A DNA stretch of 64,000 nucleotides from Emiliania huxleyi CCMP1516 (Eukaryota): positions 1 to 64,000 of the forward strand of contig NW_005202427.1 of NCBI RefSeq assembly GCF_000372725.1, given 5' to 3'. The translations under genes and the position numbers were made by a program. The notes beneath the pieces are model-generated. The model worked only from the letters and a program-made list of their open reading frames with translations, searched no databases and was not told where the DNA came from. This document shows, piece after piece, positions 10,540-20,249 of the stretch (the stretch's first letter is position 1; each line of letters opens with the position of its first letter).

Positions 10540-11899
10540 AGCTACTTAGCGGTGTGGAGGGTGAGGGCGGGGGTGAGCGTGAGGGCGAGGGTGAGGATGG
10601 GGGTGGGGGCGAGGGTGGAGGCTGGTCGCTACCTCTTAGTGAGGGAGGCGGTGGCGGAAGGTGTGTGGGCTGGCGGCGGCGAGGGCGGCGGCGTGAGGGC
10701 GGCGGCGGCGAGGGCGGCGATGAGGGCGGCAGTGGGGTGTGGTCAGCACACACCACGGGTTGCGCGTGTTGTCATTGCCAATCCGCTTGTACTCTCTCGA
10801 CACGATCTCTGCCTCGACCATCTGCAAGCGGGGGGAGATAGGGGGAGATGTGGGGAGATGTGGGGAGATATGGGGAGATATGCCTCGACCGTCTACAAGC
10901 GGGTGGGTGGGTGGGTGGGGGGTGCGGGGGCAGGGCCGAGCGGTAAAGGGGGGCAGCGCCGAGGTGACGCGAGGGCAGCGCCGAGGGGGAGAGGGGAGAG
11001 GGGAAGGGGAGGCATCTCGTCTTTTGGCGGAAGACTGCGGCGGCTCACACCGGCAGGATATGGGGAAGCTCCCTCGCATCCAGAAGGAACGGCGAGCCGA
11101 CTTGGTGGGCGAGGCGGTTGAAGCGGCCCATGAGCTGGATCCGATCCTCGGCGTCGCCAGGGTAGTATGTGGTGAGGTAGTCCCGGAAGCTCTCCGTACT
11201 GATCACGCCCGTGACGCCCCTGAAGTCGCGGTCTTCGTAGTTTGTCGGGGTGTGGGGGTCGTGGGTGTTGGTGACGCTGCCCGTGCTGCTCGTGTCGTCA
11301 TCCTCGCCGTCATCGCCCGAGTCGTCGTCCTGCTTGGTCTTCGTCGTTCCATCGGTGGGCTTTGCTCGCACCGCGGTGCTGCCTCGCGCGAGGTGAGTCG
11401 CAGGGATTTCCGCCACTCCTTTCGGAGACTGCGCCCCGCTCCTCGTCACATGCGGCTCTTCTCCGCCAGGCAGAAGCGGTGGCGGTGGCGGTGGTGGCAG
11501 TGGCGGTGGCGGTGGCGGTGGCGGTGGGCTCGGAGGAGGAGGACGCCCGGGGCGCGGAGAAGGAGAGGGAGGAGAAGGCGGCGGTGGCGGTGGTGGGCTC
11601 GGAGGAGGAGGAGAAGGCGGCGGTGGCGGCGGTGGGCTCGGAGGAGGAGGAGAAGGCGGCGGTGGTGGTGATGGGCTCGGAGGAGGAGGAGGAGGGGAGG
11701 ATTCCGCCATGTCGACGCCGAGCAGGTTGAGGGCTTCAGTGAGGTAGCTGAGCAGCTCGGGCGGAGGCGCCGCCGGAGGCGCGGGCGGCTCCGGCGGCAG
11801 CGCGGGCGGGAGCGGCGGCGAGGGCGGCGGCGGCTTAAATAGCGGCACCGACGGCGGCGCGGGCGGCGGCGGCGGCGGCGGCGACGGCAGCGAGGGCAT
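10540..11899 (-). CDS. Proline-rich (SPPPP-repeat) hypothetical protein, intron-containing
   Basis: SPPP tracts flank a globular-looking segment (EDRDFRGVTGVIST..ELPHILP / MVEAEIVSREYKRIG) separated by a pyrimidine-repeat intron. Ends uncertain. Confidence 0.4.
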
Positions 11900-12710
11900 A
11901 TGATGTGGGGCAAGTGATGCGGGGCCGCCACAGCGGATCTCTCACAGCGTGCGCACGCGATGCCACAGCGGATCTCTCACACAGGCGCCCGCCGGTTTTC
12001 ATCCATTTAGCTCTGTATTCTTTTTGCTTGCTCTGTATTCTTTTTGCTTGGGGCGGCCAGCATGCCGGTAGGGTAGGTCTGGGCGCTGGGTTTTTCCCTC
12101 TCTTCATGCCGGAATTTCACAGCAAAAAAGAAATCGTCGGCGAAAATCACGACGTCAACCCTCCCCAAGTGGGTGATCTGGTGCTTGTAGGGCTTGATAG
12201 TGGCCTGCCATGTCACAGGAAGGACTGTGGGCTCAAACCTTCAAGGAGATGCGCTATGGATTCATTGACACTGACCACCTCTCATCTCCAATCTCCAATC
12301 TTCTACTTGGCCACTGTCGCCGCCGGCAGCAATCTACGACCTCCATTTTCAATCTTCGATCTCACATCTGGGGCGGATGGCTGGGCGCTAGGATCTACAA
12401 TCTGCATTCTCCATCTCCTATCTCCCACATTTTGGCCCGTGTTGCTGCTCAGCGATCTGCAATCCACAATCTCAATCTTCGTTCTTTAGTCTTGAATGGG
12501 GAACCGGACAGGAGGGATCTACTGGCGAGACTTGGGCGTGTCCGTGTGAGAGATCCGCTAGGATCTCCAGTCTTAATCTACTATCTCTCCCCCCACGATC
12601 TACTGTTCTTGCGCAGAGATTTCCATTACTCCGTCCGCGCGCGCTGTGAACAGCGCCGTGGTCAAACACTGTTTGACGTCGTCAAGAGCGGCCGCACTCT
12701 GTGCTCGGTA

Positions 12711-12828
12711 CCCCCCCTGCACAACTAAGCTCATCCCTGCTGCTAGGGGGGGGGTCCCGACCCCCCCAGCAGCAGAGCGCTGCTGCTGGGGGGGGGGGTC
12801 GGCCATGAGCTTAGTTGTGCAGGGGGGG
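12711..12828. mobile_element. 118-bp MITE with 24-bp perfect TIRs and TA flanks (Tc1/mariner-like)
   Basis: TA|CCCCCCCTGCACAACTAAGCTCAT ... ATGAGCTTAGTTGTGCAGGGGGGG|TA, with an internal hairpin. Confidence 0.8.
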
Positions 12829-12875
12829 TACCGAGCAATGTGCGGCCGCTCCAAACACGTAGCGAAAGAGAGACC

Positions 12876-14203
12876 GCTCTCCTTTTTAGTGCTCTACATC
12901 GCTACATCCTCCCGATTCACATGGTCCCTACCGGTGAGACTCTCGGCGACACCTCGGTCGTCAACAACGCGTGCGACCTCGCGCACATTCACTCTGTCCG
13001 CTCGATACGGTCGGAGAACATCGACGGTGAGTTCTGTGCTGGGCTTGACGGCAAGCCCTCCGACATGAACTGCTCCGTGATGGCAAGCAAGGTCGGAGCC
13101 CTTGCCGTCGGCGCCAAGGCCGACAACACCTCCGAGGCGAACGGCCTCATCCCGCCTGACAAGTTCTGTGACAACCCGTCCTGCCCCGCGCACCCCTTCC
13201 TGCCCAAACTGAGCACCGAGGACGGCGCGGAGAGCGAGTTTCTCTTCTTCAACATCCCCGTCTCCGCGGCCGAGCATTCGATCATCACCGAGCTCGTCGT
13301 GCCCAAGATTGACGCCGAGTCCAAGGCCGTCGCTCTCGGGCAAACGATCGCCTCCAAGATCGACGTCGACAAGATCTTCTCTGTGCAGCCACGCGCCCGA
13401 GCCGCGCGACGCCGACTTCGCGACGCGGTGGAAAAACATTATCGACCAAGTCCGTCTCCGAGTCGTTCACCACATCATCGAGGTCGGCACCCGCTTCACC
13501 AAGCTCCTCTCCGACGCCCGCCTCTCGCTCAACTCTTTCACGAGCCCCTCCATCGCCGACGCCTTCATGCTGAGCGCCATCGGTACCGCGTCCGTCAACA
13601 ACGACTGGGACTCGTCGTCCTCGCAACCCGCAATGGTGGAGTCACTTCTCGCAACCGGCACTTTGAGAAGTTCCTGCGTCTTGGTCGCCTCCACTACGAG
13701 GACAACATCTCCTCGCCCGAGTTCGTCCCGACCAGCGACCAGTGCGCCGACATCTGGACGATACGAAGGCTCTCGACAAGACGACCTTCCTCAAGCATCG
13801 AGCCAAGCTCGTCCGCTGATCTACCAGATCGGCTTCTCCCATGATGTTCAATTGACATCCAGTCGACCGCTCCGATAGGTTACTACCTTCAGCCCGGGAG
13901 ACGGAAGGTCACTATGCCACGTTCACTACCTCGCGCCTCTGATCAGCGCGACGCCTTACCTTTGTTGTCTCTGCAGACAATGGGGGAGTGTGAGAGATAA
14001 GGCGACTCAGGAGCTTTCACACCTCTCCGGTCCCAGACAGAGGAGACTTGTCCCCTGTGGAGAGAGTGTGTGTGAACAGTCGTGAGACGCCATCCGTCGG
14101 GCCGAAGTCCTTCCCGACTGTTTGTTTGCTTTGTGTGTGTGCAACCGCGTCTTCCCTGCTCTCCTTTTTAGTGCTCTACATCGCTACATCCTCCCGATTC
14201 ACA
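12876..14203 (+). mobile_element. Internally deleted Ty1/copia LTR retrotransposon
   Basis: 3' LTR 13989-14203 (TGTGA...TCACA) preceded by purine tract GGGGGAG. Its last 46 bp recur at 12876-12921, followed by PBS-like TGGTCCCTACCGG. Copia RNase H C-terminus RNRHFEKF..FVPTSDQCADIWT/KALDKTTFLKHR is frameshifted. Confidence 0.85.
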
Positions 14204-14657
14204 GTGTGGGGAGAAGGAAGCCCAACATTTCTTTCTTTCTTCTCACGAGACAGGCTCGACAAGGTGCGGAAGAGAAAAACAGAACTTTTGGGGGGCGCGC
14301 CGCCGGCGCGTCCCCACTTTTGTATGACTAGAAGCGGCTGCGCGGGCCCCGCCCCCGCTCGGGGGGGGGGGGGGGCGGGGCCCTTGCGAAGGAGAAGAGG
14401 CCAGAGTTGTACAGCAGCGGACGATGGACAACGAAGCATGAGAGGCTTGATAGGAAAGGTCACACACAGACGACACTCGTAACTCGAGACCACGTCGAGA
14501 GCACAAACGATATCGAATCGCCACACTTTTCCCATTGGTCGAGATGGTGGTGTTGCGCGACACTTGTCCTGCCTATCTCCCCCCATCATCTACCCACATC
14601 TCCCCATTGCTCATATCTCGACAATGTGGGGTCCCCAAATGTGCGACATGATTGGCA

Positions 14658-15119
14658 TCATTGGCTCAGCAGCCTACTCTCCCGTCGCCTGCGAGCTCGA
14701 GCATCGTTGGCCTCCTTGCTCAGCTTGGTCGGACGATTGTTCGGCGAGCGGACTCGCGTATCAAAGAGCCGGGCCTTCGCTTGGCCGAGCGTCTCCCACG
14801 TATTGGTCTTGAGTCTCTCCTCGGCATCCGCCGTGAGGGAGACGCCCCTCTCAGCGTAGTATTGGTCCTCCTGGTATGGCGCCCACCCCGCTGTGTCGCC
14901 CTCAAAGTTCGCAAGGTACTCCTTTCGGGTAAGGATGTGACAGCCACGGCCAGCGGCAGTGGGGAACGGGTCAGGCTGGCTTGGCTCGCATCTCGTGGTC
15001 ATGATGTGGCGGTTGGACCCGCCAGGAGAGCGAGCAAGCTCGGCCTCCCCCTCCCGAGCAGAGGCTGAGAGCTTCGACTCCTCCTCGAGTGGCTCGCGCG
15101 TCGGAATGAGCGGCGGCAC
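14658..15119 (-). CDS. Hypothetical protein
   Basis: 153-aa ORF with ordinary composition; no recognisable motif. Confidence 0.25.
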   Translation of the reverse strand: MPPLIPTREPLEEESKLSASAREGEAELARSPGGSNRHIMTTRCEPSQPDPFPTAAGRGCHILTRKEYLANFEGDTAGWAPYQEDQYYAERGVSLTADAEERLKTNTWETLGQAKARLFDTRVRSPNNRPTKLSKEANDARARRRRESRLLSQ

Positions 15120-15789
15120 ATCGTCTGGGGCCTTCTGCTCCGAATCGTTGGCTTTCCCGGCCGCAGCGCGGCTTTTGCCGCAGATCGGCCAGTGACGGTG
15201 CCGGTGACATGTCCCAGCTCGGCCTGTAGGGCTCTCACAGGGAAGTTCGGACGGACCACGCGGCGGGCAAGCGAAGTTCGACCGGAACTCGCTGCGGCAT
15301 TTATATATAGTTAGAGGCTGCGCAGGCCGTCCCGTTTGCTGTTTGAAACGCCTGTTGCGCTGGCCGCTGCGCGCGCGCGCGCTGGCCGCTGCCGGGGCTC
15401 TGTCTCACTCTCACGTGCCGCAATATGTGTCACACACGGCGGCTTCTGCCACCTCTCGATTGGTTCTACTTTCTCCGCACACCTACCGGGGAAGGGGCGC
15501 TTGGGAGCCGGGGCGGGGGCGGGGGCGGGGGCGGGGGCGCGCAGCGCGGCGGCGCGGCGCGCGCAACAGAGGGTAGGGTGGGGAAGACGGCGAGGAGGGG
15601 GCGGCGGCGGCGGCGGCGGCGGCAGCGCGCGCGCGGCGCGCGCGACGGGGGGGCGGAGCAGCGACCGCTGGCGCGGCCGCTGCTCCGTCTGTGCCAGGGA
15701 CGCGCGCTCTGCGCCGCTGCAGAGCGCGCGCGTCAGGGCAAGGGGCATGCGTTGGCGGCCGGGGACGCGCGGCGGCGGCCGCAAGCAAC

Positions 15790-17540
15790 CTTCCCTGGGC
15801 GGTGAGGCCGCCCGGGCAAGGCCGCTGCGGGTGCACGTTCAAGGGAGCAGCCCACACCCGGCGTCGCTTTTTGAGCGACGCTGTGGTACGCCTGCGCAGG
15901 GGCCGCAGGGCGGTCAGTTGTGGGGCGAGGCGGTGCCGGCCGCGGGCCGGGTGCAAGGCGCCGGCCTCGGCGCCGCCTCGGCGCGCCGCACGGGCGCGGC
16001 GAGCCTCTGAGCGGGAGCCGAAGGTTTGCCTGTGGGAGGGAGGGAGGGAGGGAGGGAGGGAGGGAGGTGGGGGTGATTTGACTTTGCCGCAGAGGCCGTC
16101 CCTAGCTGTGAACAGCAAAACGGGACAGTATTGGACACCTAAGCGTGAAAGCTGTTACTCGAGTATCCAGTCAACCCTGGAGGCGGATTAGCGGGGTCTG
16201 TCCGACTCGCTCGCTGCACGGTTGGCTGCGGCGCTCCGGCGCAAAGCCGACGCTCGAGAAGTGGCGCCACTCTGCGTGGCTGCCCTCCGGGCTTGTCCTT
16301 GGCTCTCCGACATCGATCGAGCACGCCTGTCCGACGAGCGGCTTGCCGCGCGGGTGGCTTTGTGTGGCTCTTGTCGAGAGCGTTTTGCGGCCCGCCGGGT
16401 GAGAGAATATGTGTCGTCTGATGTGTCACTGTGTACGTCATATCAGTCTTGATAACAAGCACGGTCGATCCGTCGAAGCGATATACTCGTCACGTCACGC
16501 TGGACGGCTTGCACGGAACTCTGTGCCGGCAAAACAGGAAGAGCCGCGCTGCAAGAAGAGCTCGATAGGGAGCGAGAATCGTCAAAGGTGCTCACGCAGG
16601 TTTCGGACGTCCGTCCTGGTGCGGTCAGTTCCCCCCAGGTTTGATCGCGCAGGTCTCAAAACTCGTCGAGCACTCGTAGCCTTTCTGCGACTCTCTGCGT
16701 GCTGCCGGCTCGGGAAGAGCAATTTTGCAAGATATCTCAACGAGATCCGACATCTGCGCGGTCATTTTTGGAGTGATCTTACCGCGTCATGACGGAGTCT
16801 TGATACCTCTCGGAGCACCTCTAACGGTTCTCGCTCCCTATCGAGATCTTCTTGCCGGACGGCTCTTCCTGTTTTGCGGGGCGCGCTGAGCTCTGTGTCA
16901 AGCTCGAAGGGCAACGGAAACGAGTGCATCGATAGACCGACTGTGCTTGTTACCAAGACCGATCTCACGTACACAGTTACACTCCAGACGTCCTGTACTC
17001 TCCCATCCGACAACCGGCAAGACGCTGTCGTGAGCCAGCCGCTCTTGCGGCAGCCGTCAGCAGAGACCGAGCGCGTCGGGCGAGTGGAAATCGAGATGGC
17101 GAGCCCGCCGTGGGGCCGGACGACGGCGCTGGCGAGCCGGATCGAGGCCGCGGCATCACGGTGGCGAGCAGGAGGGGCTTAGGCTGTTTTCACGTGGAAG
17201 CGTAGGTGAGCCCAGAACGCTAATCCTGGGCAGGTTTGGCTGGTGAGACCACTTTGAGACACCTTCGCGCTAGCTGCTCAGTTCGCTGCACGTCTCGTCG
17301 CGCTTGGCGGCGCGAGCGGCGGAGTGAGAGGCGCCTGTGCACGCGGCCGAGAGGCGCTGTCGTCATGCAGGAGCCGGCGCGTCGAGCAGGGCCAGCACCG
17401 GCAGCGCGGCCGTCGACAAGGTAGCGACAAGGAAGAGAGCGGCGCTTTCGGCACAGGGCTGGCGAAGAGAAAAGACGCCGGCGGCGGGCGGAGGCGATCA
17501 AGGCGCGACGAGGGCCAGGTCACGGCGACCTCGCACGGGC
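15790..17540. repeat. Long imperfect inverted repeat (palindrome) centred near 16703
   Basis: 16529-16670 aligns without gaps to the reverse complement of 16736-16877 at about 75% by hand count; weaker matches continue outward on the same axis. Confidence 0.85.
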
Positions 17541-17825
17541 CGGCGCGGCGAGAGGACCTGGCTGGGGCACGGCGATAGGTGGTCGGCGAGCGTTGAGCAC
17601 TCTGTGGCCAGACTCAGATGCTTACAAGACGGTGTCGGGTGAGGGAAAGGGCTGGCTCACCGTGGGTAGGGTTGCCGTGCGTGTGGTAACACTGTTTGAA
17701 ATTGGGTGATGTTCATCTTCACAGCAGTGCCTGAAATGAGTTCTTTTTGCGGGTCTCAGAGCGTCTAGCGAAAGCTGAGGAAGAAATAAAACGCTGCTCG
17801 TTCTCAGGGAGGGGCGTAGTGTCGC

Positions 17826-17937
17826 TCCGTCGCTCGTGCGTGTCGTCATCATCTGTCTAGCGTCCACCCATACCGCGTTGATGTCCAGTCCGAGCCTGGC
17901 TGTTCTTCACCTTCCTTGTACCTAACCTAACCTAACC
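17826..17937 (+). mobile_element. Retroposon family C 3' end with (CCTAA)n tail
   Basis: Same as 31850-32130 (minus), 52961-53140 (minus) and 59690-59955 (plus). Confidence 0.7.
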
Positions 17938-18067
17938 GCTCATGTTTTTCACTGTTGTAGAATGTCCTTGTAATGTGAGAGAGACTTACTGCGTTGTCTT
18001 CTTGTGTACGGATCATGTAGTCCCCACACTCGCTGTCTGTCGTGGGATCGCTTGCCGTCCGCTTTAA

Positions 18068-20160
18068 GAGAGAAAGAATTCAGACCACCAAAGGGAGGGA
18101 TGGGAGGACGGCACGCCGCCACCTCCACACAGGGATTTTAAGGAGAGGAGTGTGGTGCTAGCCGTCGCCCACCCTAACCCTTGGGCGTCTGCCTCTTTCT
18201 ATCTCCCTTCGCAGTCCCTAAGGCAGTCCCTCGCCGATTCTCGCTGCAACCTTTATGCCACGTCGCGGTCGCCCCACTCTCGTCGTTCTCCCTCCTGTCG
18301 CTTCATCCTCTGTCGCGTCGCTCTCCTCTACCTCGTCCTGCTGCGCCGCCGCTGCCCCGGCCGATCCCTTGCTCTCGCGGCTTCTTCTCGGCGCAACTCC
18401 GCCCTCCTCGCGGCGTATTTTGGCCCCTCGAGTTTATCAAGCTCTCCTCGCGCAAGGACGACTCTTCTGACGCCCACTGCGATCATTTCTGCCAAGTCAT
18501 GTCGTTGCTCAGGTCCACTCTCGTTTCGAGCACTTGTACCTCTCCACAGATGGTGTTGGCGCTGGGGTCCCCTTCGGGTGCATCGTGACAGCTGACGACG
18601 GGATTACCACAGGTGTTTCGTCCTCCTCTGGTTCGTCTTCCCCGGCTTCCTTCCGTTCGGCTCTACGTTCAGTACGTTCGGCGTGGCTCACCCTCCATGC
18701 CGTGAACAGGCGCTTTATCCACCCCTACACCCCTATATTCTTCTCTCGCTCCTCTGCCCGTGCCTCGGTCTTGTCGTTTTTTCGCACCCATGTCAGGATG
18801 GCGATCGAAGCTGCCTTGCCAACTACCTGCAGTTCCCTCGTCACCTCTCCTGCAACGACCCCTCTCTTTCTTTCGGGTATATGGAGTCCGTGAGTGCGGG
18901 CAGCGTGCAGGCAATCACGGGCGCTATTCTGTCGTACTCCTCTTCGGCGAGCGCTCCAAATCTAGACCCCATTGCTTTTAAGGAGGCTGCCCTCGCTCGT
19001 CTCAGGAATATAGCTGTGTCTTTGGTGTTCAGGCGCCGCCTTGGCCTTTATACGCTTTTCTTCATATTCTATATTCTTTTTCGAAGCGATTTTCAGCCGG
19101 AATATAAAGAATATTCGAGAATACGTATCTAAGGAAGGAAGTCAACTTTGATGGGGGCAGCCAAATTTGTCGGTGGACCGCAAATCGTGGAGTTGCGAGT
19201 CACGCTCGGGCAGACAGCATCGATGCCGTCGCCGGACGCGGCGGCGAGGCGCCCGTGCCGTGGGCGACGCCGAGGCGGCTGTGGCGCGGCCGGCGCCGCC
19301 TCCCGCGCGCCGGGGTGTGCGGCGCAGCGCGCTGGCGGACGTCCTCGAGGCGGAGGACGACGAGCGGCAGGACGAGGCTGCGCGTGGCGATGAGCAGCCG
19401 ATGCTAGCGCCCCACGGGCCGGCGCTGTCGGTGCAGCTTCGGCGCGTGCGCCTGCAGCTGCGCGAGTTCCTCGCAACGCAGGCCGCGGCGGGGAAGAGCG
19501 TGCCGATGCAGCGGACGGCCCTCGGTCTGCACCCAACGATGCGGTGGACGATCCGCTTCGGCAAGTGGCTCGCGACGACGCGAGTCAGAGCATTGAGGGC
19601 GAGCCGGTGGCACGCGACCGAGCGGGGCGACGCGCGGGAGGAGGAGCCGACGGTGCGCGCGGGTCGCGGCGAGAACACGGTCTACGTCGCGTTGCATTAA
19701 AACATACAGAAGTTCTCTCCTTCGTCGGCGGGAAGAATACAGACAGCTCCAAATCGGGCCTACTCTCTGTCTAGGGTAGGGATGATTTGATTGATCCAGC
19801 CGCCCGCCGACGAAGTAGAGATAGGCCCTATTTGGAGCCATATTCTTGCCATATTCGAGAATATAGACCCTATTTTGAATATAGATAGTACTCGGCGAGA
19901 AAAGCGTATAAAGGCCAAGCGCCGCCCGTTCGACTCTTTCTTGCTGTCGCCCTCGCCGTGTGTTTGTAGCTTCCGCGTGAAGTAACGCGCCTTTCCTGAT
20001 TTCCTGCGCATTTGCCGCTCAGTAGGTGCGCCAACGACGCCGGTTGGCTCACTGTCTTCTCGTGTCCCACGCGTGCGCTTTCTGCCGGTCTCGCTTCTTT
20101 CGTCGCGACTTCGAATGGCCGACTCGCTCGCTCTCGCTCTGCTCCATGTCGTGCCTCGCT
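18068..20160 (-). mobile_element. Longest LINE family A copy, degenerate, interrupted by a TIR element at 19041-19918
   Basis: 3' part matches 38262-38906. Remnant ASLAHLLSGKC resembles the C-terminal zinc-knuckle of non-LTR ORF2. 5' limit approximate. Confidence 0.65.
19041..19918. mobile_element. Non-autonomous TIR element (hAT-like) with GC-rich cargo ORF
   Basis: 21-bp perfect TIR TTGGCCTTTATACGCTTTTCT; 8-bp TSD GCGCCGCC at 19033-19040 and 19919-19926; TATTC/GAATA subterminal motifs. Confidence 0.9.
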
Positions 20161-20249
20161 ACCGGCGAGGCAACCACGCGCCGTCGGTAGCTCGTCATCG
20201 CCACGGCTCAAAGTAAGACTCACCGCCCTCTCTTCTGGCCAGGCGGCGG

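Noticed and set aside
9261..10549. Long ORFs spanning N runs (also near 21.1 kb and 56.1 kb)
   Set aside because: Artefacts of translating through assembly gaps.
12277..12610. AATCT-rich segment as another MITE
   Set aside because: Motif density is suggestive but no TIR or TSD could be defined.
15790..17800. Hammerhead ribozyme associated with the palindrome
   Set aside because: No canonical CUGANGA/GAAA core with supporting stems found by eye (CTGATGTG at 16418 is non-canonical); an Infernal scan would be needed to exclude one.
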